Shown here piece after piece: positions 44,888 to 57,265 of a stretch of DNA of 64,000 nucleotides (position 1 is its first letter; each line of letters opens with the position of its first letter). This DNA is from Eledone cirrhosa (Eukaryota). The stretch lies in contig OZ024748.1 of assembly GCA_964016885.1 (NCBI GenBank), positions 45,446,001 to 45,510,000 of the forward strand, read 5' to 3'. A program made the position numbers and the translations under genes. A model generated the notes under the pieces. That model worked only from the letters and a program-made list of their open reading frames with translations, did no database searches and was not told the origin of the DNA.

Positions 44888-45098
44888 GTATAGTATATTG
44901 GGCAATATACCGTATGTTTAATTAAGTGACCATGTCACTTACTTCTATTTTCGGCGAAATTCTTTTGCCGAAAATAGGAGTGAGTGACATAGTCACTACT
45001 TTAAAATAATAGCGCAAGGTCTTCAAAATGTTTTTAATTAAACATACGGTATATTGCCAAATATACTATACATACATCGCTATTTCAGTGCACCAATC
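44888..45098. repeat. Diverged palindromic relative of the 10.5-11.4 kb unit, lacking the ribozyme core
   Basis: Shares gtcactac...tagcgcaaggtcttcaaaatg...taattaaacatacggtatattg and catcgctatttcag. Central hairpin ttttcggcgaaa/ttttgccgaaaa. Confidence 0.6.
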
Positions 45099-45152
<54 letters not shown>

Positions 45153-45172
45153 TTATATATATAAAGGTATTC

Positions 45173-45533
45173 CGGGTTGAATCGGAGGTAACCACAGTAA
45201 GTAGGGTACTCAATATATAGCAGAGCAAAAATGTTTTAATATAGAAGAGCTTCTACAGGACTCTACAGAAGCTCTTCTATATATATATATATATATATAG
45301 AAAGGATGAATATAAAATGAAAGTGCTTTTGTTAAAAAAGGAATTTATTAGGTATTGACATATGTTTCTGTAACAGACCGAATACCTATGTATCGCTGCT
45401 TGCGTAATCATATAATGTTAGCAAGTATTCGATAGCAAATGTATAATCAGTTGTCACTTCTTCAGAGATTTTGGATAAACTGGATAAAATCTAACGTAAC
45501 GATATATTATCAATACATTATTGATAACCTAAA

Positions 45534-45588
<55 letters not shown>

Positions 45589-45690
45589 GAGCTTCTACAG
45601 GACTCTACAGAAGCTCTTCTATATTAAAACATTTATACTCTGCTATATATTGCGTATCCTACTTACTGTGGTTACCTCCGATTCAACCCG
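45173..45690. repeat. Inverted repeat enclosing a long-stem-II hammerhead-like motif (45353-45468, -)
   Basis: Arms cgggttgaatcggaggtaaccacagtaagtagg / cctacttactgtggttacctccgattcaacccg. CTGAAGA-agtgaca...tgttaca-GAAAC atat GTC. Confidence 0.6.
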
Positions 45691-46314
45691 ATTCACACGA
45701 GCAAACGATTGCATATATATATGCATTTGTTTGCTCGTGTGAATTGTGCTCGTTTCCATATAATTCCCTTTCAATACTTATCACACACTCATACACACAC
45801 TCATACACACACAAACACACAGACACACATACATTCACGAACACACCCACGCAGACAAACACGTCTCCTCGTTCCCACTATCCTGCACTACGCCCTTAAC
45901 TCCACACAAAACCTTTATCTCCATTTAATTTGCATACAACTATAAAATTCTGTCGCCCGCCATTCATATCTTTGAATTCAATGTAAAATATTAGTCATGT
46001 TGGTGAAATATAACTACTTTGATTTCATTTGTAGAAGCTAATTGATATGCACCAGTTAATCTCATTTTCCTAAGCAAACAATTATCTAGATTTTTATACC
46101 ATACCTCCACGCTCATACATGAAGCCTGGTAGCATAATGGTTAATGTGTTCAGCGTAGGATAGTGAAGTCGCCAGCTCGATTCCCGCAGCGTTTTGTGAT
46201 TTTGCGCTCGACTTACTTTCAGAAAGAGAAAGTTCTTCCTTGTTTTTCTACCCCCCCCCTCCACTTCAACCAACGTATCACGCCAGACTATCACATTGCT
46301 CTCAAATAAAAGAA

Positions 46315-46425
46315 GAGGCATGTGGCCTAGTGGTAAGCGTGTGGGACTTAAAATCATAATGCCAGGGCTGCGATCCCTGGGCTGGGTTGTATATTGTGTT
46401 CTTGAGAAAAAAATACTTCATTTGA
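46315..46425 (+). mobile_element. Diverged tRNA-derived SINE head
   Basis: gaggcatgtggcctagtggtaagcgtgtgggact...gcgatccc...tgtgttcttgagaaaa. Similar heads at about 46125-46215 and 23192-23268 (-). Confidence 0.6.
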
Positions 46426-46583
46426 CCTATATCTTTTGTCGCATCATCAGTCTGAGGAACATATCGATACTGGAGTCGGGTGCACGAGTCACCTTGAGCC
46501 AATCTTCTGCGAAGCGCGCGTAACAGGGGGTAAGCAATAAATACTTTTCATACGTAAACACAACTTCCTCGTTCGTTTTTTCC

Positions 46584-46652
<69 letters not shown>

Positions 46653-46742
46653 AGTTTATGTTGGTTGTATACCAACACCTCAGTATGCAGGCTGGAGCAC
46701 TCAACGAAGTGCGCAGGTTGGTTTGGTTACTCCGGAGTAGTG

Positions 46743-47077
46743 TAAAATAAAGTTAAATAAAAGTCAAATGATTAAAATTTAGCTTCGTTTATTACTGCTA
46801 TATATATTTCAGTGACAGCCATCTTTGGCTGTGACCTCTTCAGGCAGTTTGAATTAGTATGGTATAGACAAGTACATATGTTGTTTAGGTGTATGATATT
46901 GTCAATACTCTGATATGCCCAGTTCCAATATCATACACCTAAACAACATATGTACTTGTCTATACCATACTAATTCAAACTGCCTGAAGAGGTCACAGCC
47001 AAAGATGGCTGTCACTGAAATATATATAGCAGTAATAAACGAAGCTAAATTTTAATCATTTGACTTTTATTTAACTT

Positions 47078-47084
<7 letters not shown>
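46743..47084. repeat. 159-bp-arm inverted repeat (24-nt spacer) with a hammerhead in each arm
   Basis: + strand 46979-47033: actgc-CTGAAGA-ggtcacagcca aaga tggctgtcact-GAAA tatata TA-gcagt. Mirror copy at 46794-46848. Confidence 0.9.
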
Positions 47085-47131
<47 letters not shown>

Positions 47132-47159
47132 TTGGGGAGGGTCAACAAAAACCTCGCAA

Positions 47160-47194
<35 letters not shown>

Positions 47195-47234
47195 AAAGAA
47201 CACAAGACCGTCTACAACATCAAAAGATTTTTAT

Positions 47235-47283
47235 TGGCTTACAATGTTTCTTCCTTACGTAACCGTAGGATTCGTCAGAGCTA
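47235..47283 (-). ncRNA. Type I hammerhead ribozyme
   Basis: tagct-CTGACGA-atcctacg gtta cgtaaggaa-GAAAC att GTA-agcca. Confidence 0.75.
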
Positions 47284-47586
47284 TAAGAGGGGTTTGATTG
47301 GTGTTATGGACTCTACCAACCAAACATTCAAGAACAAAGAGTAAAGAGAAAAAGTAGGGGACGATAAGTCTAATTTTGGTGCGGGAGGGTGGGATGTGGG
47401 TCCTTGTTTACTAGCTGCGGTCATATTCATTCCCGGGAGTCGAGTGGTTAGCTGAACTATAGATGGGGTGGCGTCGATAGTATGGTGCAGAGGGTGTGCA
47501 GAGGCTACACAAACACAAAGGGCATACAATATATATATATAACGGAGGAGAAAGTACATGAGGTAATTAGAAATGGAAAAAGAGTA

Positions 47587-47770
47587 ATAATAATTGTTTC
47601 TACTTTAGGCACAAGGCCAGCAATTACCCAGTGCATTACTGGTACTTTATTTTATCGACCCCGTAAGGATGAAAGGCAAAGTCAACCTCGGCGGGATTTG
47701 AACTCAGATCGTAAAGGGACATAACTATGCTGGAAAGCATGGCGTCCGACCCTCTACCTATACTGCCAAA
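47587..47770 (-). mobile_element. SINE family 1
   Basis: Reverse complement of 6237-6428, with (ATT)n tail. Confidence 0.87.
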
Positions 47771-48286
47771 ATAATAATAATCTATAATTAATAATGTATA
47801 ATAAGGCATGGGGAAGATTACACTATAATAAGGTATAAAAGTAAGAATAAGGTAAAATATAAAGGAGGATAAAAGTGGAAATAATAAAGATAAAAAATAT
47901 ATATGTAAAAAAATATATAGAGAATATATAAAGAAATATAAGCGAGTATTTGGAGGGGAAAACACAATGTAAAAAAACCGATTTTTTCAAATAAAAATAA
48001 AAATATATATATATATACATTTCACCTGCTCCGCGGGATACACACACACTGATACATATTCTCTCACTCAAACACACACAAATAAATACACCCACACACC
48101 CTCCCACACACGCATACAACACTACACAAAGACACATAAGTATTTATGTAAATATTACGATTTTATTAAATGCCTTTTCTGAATATATAAATAATATTCT
48201 TTGATAAATTGAAGTATGAGTAGGTGTGTTTGGGAGTGTTGACACAAACACGCACACACACAGACCCCCCCCCCCACACACAGACA

Positions 48287-48328
<42 letters not shown>

Positions 48329-48503
48329 CCCCACCCCCACACAAATACACACGCACATACACACACATACGCGCGCGCACCCCCCACACACAAATCAATT
48401 GACACAGTACAACGAGGATATATATTATTTTAACGCTTAGTATAGAAGAAAACGTTTCGTTACGTTTTGGACATTGGTCTTTCTTCAGAAGATCGAATGA
48501 GAA

Positions 48504-48563
<60 letters not shown>

Positions 48564-48564
48564 G

Positions 48565-48614
<50 letters not shown>

Positions 48615-48619
48615 AATCT
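48504..48619. repeat. (TATC)n microsatellite, 5' flank of the Tx1 cluster
   Basis: Directly visible. Further segments at 54262-54329, 55193-55217 and 60880-60888. Confidence 0.95.
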
Positions 48620-48761
48620 AGCTGTCGTCTGTTCTACAGTGTGGATGTAATTCACATCGCGCAGAAGTTTTGTTCAAATTTATTGCGGAATTACCCCTCC
48701 TAGAGGTGAAAAACCTGTTTAAAAAATTTTGTGGGAAAAAAATTTCAATCGTCTGACAGAA

Positions 48762-50662
48762 ATGTTAAACGAAGCGAACGAAAATAGTGGTGGGGGGACA
48801 GCGGTAAGAGTTGTAAGCTCGCACGCTTTAGTCCCCCCTTCCTTCCCAACTAACGTCATAGAGAAGGAAGGAAAAAATAAAATAAAAACAGACGAATCTG
48901 CGGAGAAAAATGACGAAAACACAAATCTGGACATGGATTCCAACAACGAAAAAAAAAAAATTTGATAAATTGCATGACAATACTAACACCACAAACAAAG
49001 ACACAACAAACACAAAAATAACATTTGAAAATAACACCATAACAGAAAGCAAAGCAGACGACAGAGTCAGCAAAATTTCATTTGCACAAACAACAAAGAA
49101 ATCTTTGACATATATACCTGAAAATATTTCAGATGTGGCACGAAGAATCACAGACGCCAAACAATACATAAGTGAAGGAGAGAATGGTATTTTATCGGTA
49201 AAAATGCCTCAAGAACTCACCAAAGACATTGAAGGTCGAATGGTCGTGTTCCGCACCATCAACAACACTTCAAAAAAACCTGAACAGCCAACTCAGGCAG
49301 ATATCAAAACAGTACTCACAGAAGTACTTAATGAAACCACTTTCATAAGAAAAGACAAACTGTATGGAAGCCTAGCAATTATTATGAAGAACGAATCGGC
49401 GGCAAAAAAATGTGCTTTGTCACCGATTCGTTCGAAAAATTTTACCTTTTATCCATCTTATATGGGTAAAAGAACTCAACGCATATGGCTGGATGCAATG
49501 ATGCCAGATGTGGACTACTGCTGGCTCATAGCTGGCTTCATCGATCCAGTGAATGACAACGTGATTTCCATTGGGAAAACCACAGGCAATGCGTTCAGTG
49601 GAACAGGTATAGAGCTGGTAGTGCAAATGAAGCCTGAACGCATCGCCCAAATACCCGACAGAATCCTATTAGAGGGCCACGGGTATATAAACATTAGCGT
49701 GGAGGGGAGAAGGCCGTCCTGTCATATCTGTGCAGGCAGAGGGCACCTGAAGGCCGCTTGTCCCCAACTCAACAAAAAGAAAACCCTGCTACCAACACCA
49801 GCTCCACCACCACCACCACAACAGATAAACAAACAAAACTCAGTCCCACCCAACCCGTCCCTCAGTAAAACTACACCACCACCACAACACAAACAGTCAC
49901 AACACATTACCCCAAAACAAAATACAGGCCACCCAACCCCTCACTCAATAAAACAACACAACCACCGCAGACACAACACACAACACAGTCTAACATAGTG
50001 ACATCCATCTCCCCCACAAAGAAAACCAACACGGAAACATTACCAGCAAACATACCTCTTCCCTCCAACACTGAAGATAACCCAACGAATTCGGAGGAAG
50101 AAACGGAGTCCTTCAGACAGATTAAAAGGAAAAAAAGAAAACATGTGCAAAACACACAAGGCCAAACAACCCCCACCCAAATCTCAACACAATCCAACAA
50201 AACAGAAAATACCCCTCCAGCAACAAACAAAACAAACCTGCCCCTCCCCTCTTCGAAACACTCACACCATCCGAAAAAAAGACATTACACTATACTTACA
50301 TCAACAGAAACAATAATAAATTAAATGAACTCATATACAATAATCCTTCGGTACAAACCGAAGGTGTAAACTTTGTTTCTTCAGAAAACTACCCACATTT
50401 AAAATTAATAAAGATCCCAATGAACCTCTACCAAAAACTAAAAAAGGATTTTAAGGAGGACGTAGGACCACCCTCTGTCAAACCCATAAACCGCGTCCTA
50501 CTAAAAAGCTTTCCCCCTCCCCTTCCCCTCCCCAACACAACTCCAAACACCCCAACCCCACCACACACTGACGACCCCACACCACCACAAGACACCCCTT
50601 CACCCAACACCCCCGACCCCATGGAAGTCGTGCGACCCGAACCCCGGGAAGCGGAAAGGTAG
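48762..50662 (+). pseudogene. Tx1 ORF1 (gag-like, CCHC knuckle), frameshifted
   Basis: VEGRRPSCHICAGRGHLKAACP and a P/T-rich tail. Homologous to 55421-57265. Confidence 0.82.
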
Positions 50663-50695
50663 GTCTCTACACTCTTCTTTGGCTCTGCCGCCCAC

Positions 50696-53600
50696 ATGGA
50701 TGTGTTAAGAGTAGGATGTTTGAATGCACGTGGCCTGGGCTCAACTTGGAAGCAAGCAAAGCTTCTAAATGACCTCAGGTCATGTGGTATAAATGTAATG
50801 GTTATCTGTGAGACTCGAATCAGCGTCCTGCGGCAGCTGGCCTCTACCTTCGATGACTTTGAGGTGCATGCATCTCTCTGTCAACCTGGAGGTGGGGGTG
50901 GGGTTGTCGTACTGCTGCAAAAACACCTGGGTCTTGCCGTACAGGTTGTGCACTCGGACCCGGAGGGTCGTTTGTTGGTGCTAGACGTTGGCAGTAGTGA
51001 AGGTGCGGCCTTGAGACTGGTCGCCGTCTACTCCCCTTTCGGAGCTGAACGGCCCGACTTCTTCCAGCGTTTGGAGACTTTTCTGGGAACGTCGCGTTCC
51101 CTGCTTCTAGCGGGGGATTGGAATGACATCCTAAATGCACGTTGGGACTATGCAGGAGCATGTCCTAATAGAGGGGGGTGTAACAGCCTCAAGGGGTTAC
51201 TCGACCGTTTTAACTTCGTCGATAGATATCGACTAGATTTTCCAACTGTGCCTACCTGGACTTGGAGAAACCACAGTGGTCAATCTAGATCGTACTTAGA
51301 TAGATTCTTAGTTAGAAGTAAGGATAGGGACATATTAAGCTGTCCAGAAATGCGCACGGTTGGCTACACGGATCACAAATTAGTGACCTGCGTAGTCAAT
51401 CTCGAGAAAACACATAAACAGGGTCCCGGTTACTGGAAACTTAATTTGTCTTTACCGGCAAAAGAGACTTACAGAAACCGGATTAGCAGATTAGTTAAGG
51501 AGAGGTTGACGGGTGCAATCGTCAACAACCGATGGTGGGCATCTCTCAAAAGAGAGATTAGAACAGAATCAATAAGTTATAGCAAGATGTTAGCTGCCGA
51601 TAGGAATAGAAACGAGAAAGAATTAACAGGAAAATTAGAAGAGGCAATCAAGAGCGAAGATGTGGCCAGAGTGCTGGCATCGAGGACGGCCTTGAACCAG
51701 TTTTTCGATGCAAAGCACGAAGGCTGCGTCATTCGAAGTAAAATACGTGCTCTAGGTAATGAGGGGGCCAAAGCCGTTGGCTGGGCCCGCGTGACAGAAG
51801 CTAAGAGTGGAAATCGATCCACCATCCGGTCGTTGCAAGACGAAGATGGACGGGTGATCCGGGAGCCTAAGCAGATGTGCGAGGCCTTTCAAAGGCACTT
51901 TGCCCGATTGTTCGGGGGAGGCGAGGGTCCGGGCGGGGGCGTGTATTTCGGCCCATACCTCGACGACCTGCCGCGTCTCTCGAGCGAAGAGGCAGAGTCC
52001 TGCGAGGGACCAATCTCGGCTGATGAGATCGGAGATGCGCTGAGCCAATGCAGCAGACGCAAATCTCCAGGTCTCGATGGTATACCTTACGAACTTTATT
52101 TAGCAATGCCGGTCTTCTTCTCCGAACTCCTCGAAGTCGTCTACTGCAATTGGCAGCAGAACGGGAGAATTCCTTGTTCTGTAGCCAAGGACGTAGTCAC
52201 GCTGGCGAGGAAGGACGAGAACAAGGGAGATAGTATAAATAATTTTCGGCCCATAACCCTGCTAAACACAGAGTTAAAGATTTTGGCCAAGGTGTTAGCA
52301 AAGAGGTTGGCGCTTGTCGTGGGTGGCCTGGTGGGAGATGCGCAGACATGTGCTATCCCATCCAGGTCCATTCATGATAACCTCCACCTCATGCGATATA
52401 TCATAGAGAGGGTTGGCAATAAACCCGGCTTCGGTGGGGCCCTGATCAACTTGGATCAGTCTAAGGCCTTCGATAGGGTCGACCATGGTTACCTGGATGC
52501 GGTGCTAGCGGCGGCTGGTTACGGTCCTGTTTTCAGAGGCTGGATCACTGCCTTACATAGCAACCACATCTGTTCTAGGATCAAGGTGAACGGCTACCTT
52601 TCGAAGCCGTTCGAAATCACACGATCCATTCGACAGGGGTGCCCTCTCTCCTCCCTTCTGTACGTATTGACTCTCGAGCCTTTACTGAGGAAGTTGGAGT
52701 TGTTGCAGGGTATCCCCCTGGAACCAGGATTGAGCAAAGCGGTGTCGGCCTACGAAACTGAACCGGGAAAAATCCATCGGGCTGCAACTCGGAACGTGGA
52801 GAGGCAGACAGATGCCTCCCGACGGTGTCGTCGGACACTGGACGGAGGGCCCGGTAAAGTTGCTTGGGGTCTGGTTTGGACCGGACCTCCAGGTGGAAAA
52901 GAACTGGAACGAGGTTACGAACAAGGTGTTTGCACTAACCCAGAAATGGGCCAAGTGTAAGCTGTCCCTAAAAGGCCGGGCGGAGGTGGCGAACATTTAC
53001 ATAGCGTCCGTCACTTACTACCGCCTGACTGTCGTGCCTTGCCCTAAGGAAACACTCACCACCATGGAACGCATGCTCTTCCAATTTCTTTGGAAGAAGC
53101 GCCCTCCTATGGTGAGAAGATCCATCTGCTGCCAACAACCTTCGAAAGGAGGGCTGGGGATGCCGTGGTTGATGATGCGTAGGCACGCATTAAGGCTACG
53201 GCACCTACAGGTATTCCTCACTAGTCAACCGGTGTGGGCTCCGTTCGTGAAACGAGCCTTTCCGAGACTCGTCTCGCTCACCGAGCTACAGTCCTGGGTC
53301 AAGCAAAGATCCGGAAAACTGGGAGACTGGCACACTGAGTGTGCTCAGGCGCTCAGGGCTCTCTGGCAAGCGGGCCAGGCCGTCGGTGGAGAATCCACCT
53401 CATCATTCTATAGAGGGCTGGTGGCTAGCAGGGGCGATGACACCCTTGGAGAGTCGCTGGACATGGAAGAGGACGAACTGGCCAGCCTGTTCGGTAGGAT
53501 TTTCGGCCCGGGACCATTGGACAACTTCCAGAAGTCACTAGCCTGGCAGTGCTACCGGGGGGCTCTACCCGTTCGAGAGAGGCTCTACGGACACGGGCGC

Positions 53601-54044
53601 CCGGGCAGGGATCCCTCAAAAAAGATTTGCCCTAGATGCGTGCGTCATGAAGAAACCGTTGCGCACGCATTGGTGCAATGTCCGGGCGTGGCTGATCTGT
53701 GGGGCTACGCCGAACGACTGCTGTCGCGGGAGGCGCCGATTCAATTGACCGCCGAGTCCGTGATGACAATCAAACCGCCTCCCCTCTTCACAAAGGAAGC
53801 AAAGGCGGTTTTTCTGTGCGTAATAGCCATGCTGAAAGAGGTTGTTTGGTGGACACGATTGAAAGGTCTGAGGTCAGGCAACTTCCTCTCTGGCCATAGT
53901 CTGGTCTACTTCTTCCGATATCACTTCGGAAGAAGGATAAGAATGGAGAGAGAGGTGCTTGGCCACAGGCAGTTTTATGAAAGGTGGGTGATAGTGGCGA
54001 GAATGGCTCGTGTAAATGGGCCTTCTCTGTATACCATCCTGTAG
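50696..54044 (+). pseudogene. Tx1 ORF2: AP endonuclease, reverse transcriptase, C-terminal zinc finger; YADD deleted
   Basis: LNARGL, GDWN, SYLDRF, TDHK; KSPGLDG, FRPITLLN, LDQSKAFDRV, IRQGCPLS; CPRC...ETVAHALVQC. Frameshifting deletion at about 52755. Confidence 0.93.
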
Positions 54045-54261
54045 GTAAAGAAGTAAAGGAGAGGGGAGCACCTTCTCCATGTGCTCCCCGGGCAAAGGAT
54101 TGCACACTTTTTCGGGGGTGTGTACAACCCCCATCACGTCCCCACGCTTTTGAGGTTATTTTCGATTATTTTCATTTTATACCCTTTTTACTCGATTGTA
54201 TGTAAACTCCCCCTTTGTATTTGTCCCTTCTTTTTATGCCTTTATGGTAAATAAAGAAATA

Positions 54262-54329
<68 letters not shown>

Positions 54330-55192
54330 CAAGTCCTCGGGGAAACTCTAGGCATCGAGGAGGACGAACTGACCAGTCTGTTCGGGAGGACTTTCCGTCC
54401 AGGGCCTATGGATAACTTCCAGAGGTCTCTGGCCTGGCAGTGCTACCGAGGAGCTCTAACTGTTCGAGACAAAATCTACATGCACGGACACCCTGACAGA
54501 GATCCTGCCAAAAAGACCTGTCCAAGATGCGAGCAGAACATCGAAACCGTTCTGCACGCAATTGTACAGTGCCCAGGGGTGACCGACCTGTGGAATTATG
54601 TCGAACAGCTACTGTCACGTGTGGGACGCAACCAGTTGTCAGCCGAGTCCATCGTGAGGATCACCCCGCTGCCTGCATCTGCCTTCATTTAAGAATAAAG
54701 TAGAGGCGGTTTGCCTCCGTCTCCTGGCTATGGCGAAAGAGGTAATATGGTAGCCGAGGTTAAAAGGACTGAGGGCAAACACCTTTCTCTCCGGACAACA
54801 ACTTATCCCCTTCTTTAAGTACCACTTCAGAAGGAAGGTGAGGGTGGAGAGAGAGGTGCTACACCCCAGTAAATTCGCTGAAAGGTGGGTGAATGTGGCG
54901 AAAATGGCCCGAATGAATGGGCCTTCTCTGTATATAAACCTGTAGGTTGAGGAAGATAAACAGAGGGAAGACAGAAACACCTACAAAACGTGTTCCTGGT
55001 GTTGAGGGTTGTTCTATCCACGGGGTGTAAAACAACCCTGCAGTAACTTTCCCCCCTACTGGGGATTTCAATTGTTATTTTATTATATATAGTTTATTGT
55101 TATTTATTAATGTTAAATTTATTTTTATGTAAAACCACCGCCGTCACGTCTTGTAATGTCCCATTTGTGTACGCCCCTGTGGTAAATAAAGA
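54330..55192 (+). mobile_element. 5'-truncated Tx1 copy 2 (diverged subfamily)
   Basis: MDNFQRSLAWQCYRGAL...CPRC...ETVLHAIVQC. 3' UTR ending ggtaaataaag, between (TATC)n tracts. Confidence 0.9.
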
Positions 55193-55420
55193 TATCTATC
55201 TATCTATCTATCTATCTTGATAGAGTAAGACACGCTTCACATCGGCTCCGCTATTCCATCGGGATTTACCCTTACTATAGTAAGTACCGGATAAATTTTT
55301 CAGTGCAACACATTTGGAACACTAACCCCTGTTATTTAGGGAAACATTTTTGCATTTACCCCCTTTTTAGGGGGTAAAATAAATATCTATTTTTTGCCGA
55401 AAAATTTCTTTCTTGGCAGC

Positions 55421-57265
55421 ATGGCGGAAAAGATGGCAGACATGTCTGCCATTAGCTCTGCCACGCCCCCCAAGTCTGAAGAACAAAAAATAATTACAAC
55501 AAAATTAGACAACGAAACAAACAAGGAAAATGAAAAAACAAATGTTAAGGAAAATGAGCAAACGGAAAACAAACAAACAGAAAATAATACAGATAACAAC
55601 AGGGCAACTTTCGCCCAGAAAACAAAACAATCCATAACATACACACCAATTGACTTAACTGCCGCCAGAGAAAAACTGGCCGAATCGAAAAAACAAATAG
55701 TCTTGGGGGAGAACGGAATGTTTTCCATTAACTCCCCCCCAGAATTCAAGAAAGCCAGAACAGAGAGCACAGTTCTCTTCAGAACTATACTGAACCAGAC
55801 AAGAAAGCCAGCACAGCCCAGCCAAATGGAAATAGAGTGGTCCTAAAAGACTATATGAAGAATATTCTCTTCATACGAAAGGACCGACTCTATGACAGCA
55901 TTTCGGTCCTAACAAAAGACAAGGAAACGGCGGAGAAGCTTTCCCTAAGCCCACTCTCATCGACAACATACAGCTTCTATCCCTCCTACATGGGTAGAAG
56001 AACACAGAGAGTAAAAGTAAAAACAATGCTGACCACAATGGACTTCTGGTGGGCTATTGCTGGCTTCATAGACATGGGCGAAGACACAATGCTGTCAATG
56101 GGGAAGGCAACTGGAGATGCGTTCCTGGGAATGGGCCTCGACATACTAGTCCAAATGAGGCCCGAAAGAATAGCACAAATCCCGGATCGCATCTGGCTGG
56201 ATGACCTTACCCCAATAGATATAATTGTAGAGGGGAGAAGACCAGCATGCTATTTATGCATGAAAAGGGGACACGTTAAGGCTAACTGCCCGAAACGTAT
56301 CCCCCAAAAAGGACTATTGCTCACACCCACCACAAACAGTACACCAACACCACCCACCTCCAAAAATACACTAATACCACACACAGCAAACAAAATACAG
56401 ACACCACCAACCACAAACACAACACAAACATCACCACCACCAGCACCAAACACAAGCACGACACAAAAATCACCACCGCCAACCACAACACAAACATCAC
56501 CACCACCATCACCAACCACAAGCACGACACAAACATTACCACCACCACCACCACCACAAAACCCATTCCAAACAAATAATAAAAAAAAAACAGTAACAAA
56601 TCTACCCCTCCCGCAAAAAATAACAACCACACAACACGTCCCTCCCACCTAGCGCTGAAGAGTTTCCCCCCACTTCTGAAGAAGAAGGAGGAGAAGCCTT
56701 CAGACAAGTTAAAAGAAAAAAAAGAAAGCACACACCCAGCACACCACAAATAACCCACACACAAACACCAACTCCAATAAAAAACACCCCACCCTCAACA
56801 AACAAAAATAAATCTGCGCCTCCCCTCTCCGAAACATTGACAGCATCACAAAAAAAGACATTGCAATACACATATATAAATAAAGAAAACAAAAAACTGT
56901 TTAAATTAATAAACAATAGCCCTTTGGTGCAGACCGAAGGGCCAAACTTTATCTCAACAGAGAACTTCACCCATTTAAAAATGATAAAGGTCCCTCTGGA
57001 CCTTTATCGTTCCTTAAAAGAACAATTTAGACAGGACGTGAGCCCCCCCCCCCCCTGTTTAAAACCGTTAAATCGCGTCCTCTTGAAAGATTTCCCCATA
57101 ACCTCCCCTCTCCCCGACACAACTCCAAACACCCCAACCCAACCACACTCGGGCACCCCCACACCACCACAAAACATCCCTCCACCCAACACACCTGACG
57201 CCATGGAAATTACACAACCCGGAGAGGTAAGTGCTTTTCTTTCTTCACTTTCAACACCAAAATAG
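55421..57265 (+). pseudogene. Tx1 ORF1, frameshifted
   Basis: FYPSYMGRRTQR, VEGRRPACYLCMKRGHVKANCP. Confidence 0.82.

Larger units (their letters stand above)
48621..54261 (+). mobile_element. Tx1/L1-clade non-LTR retrotransposon, copy 1 (near full-length, inactive)
   Basis: ORF1 with zinc knuckle, ORF2 APE-RT-zf, 3' UTR ending ggtaaataaagaaat. (TATC)n on both sides. Confidence 0.93.

Noticed and set aside
57227-57265. 39-nt GT-AG intron fusing ORF1 and ORF2 in copy 3
   Set aside because: The AG arises from ATG-to-ATA decay of the ORF2 start; copy 1 has atggat at this position.
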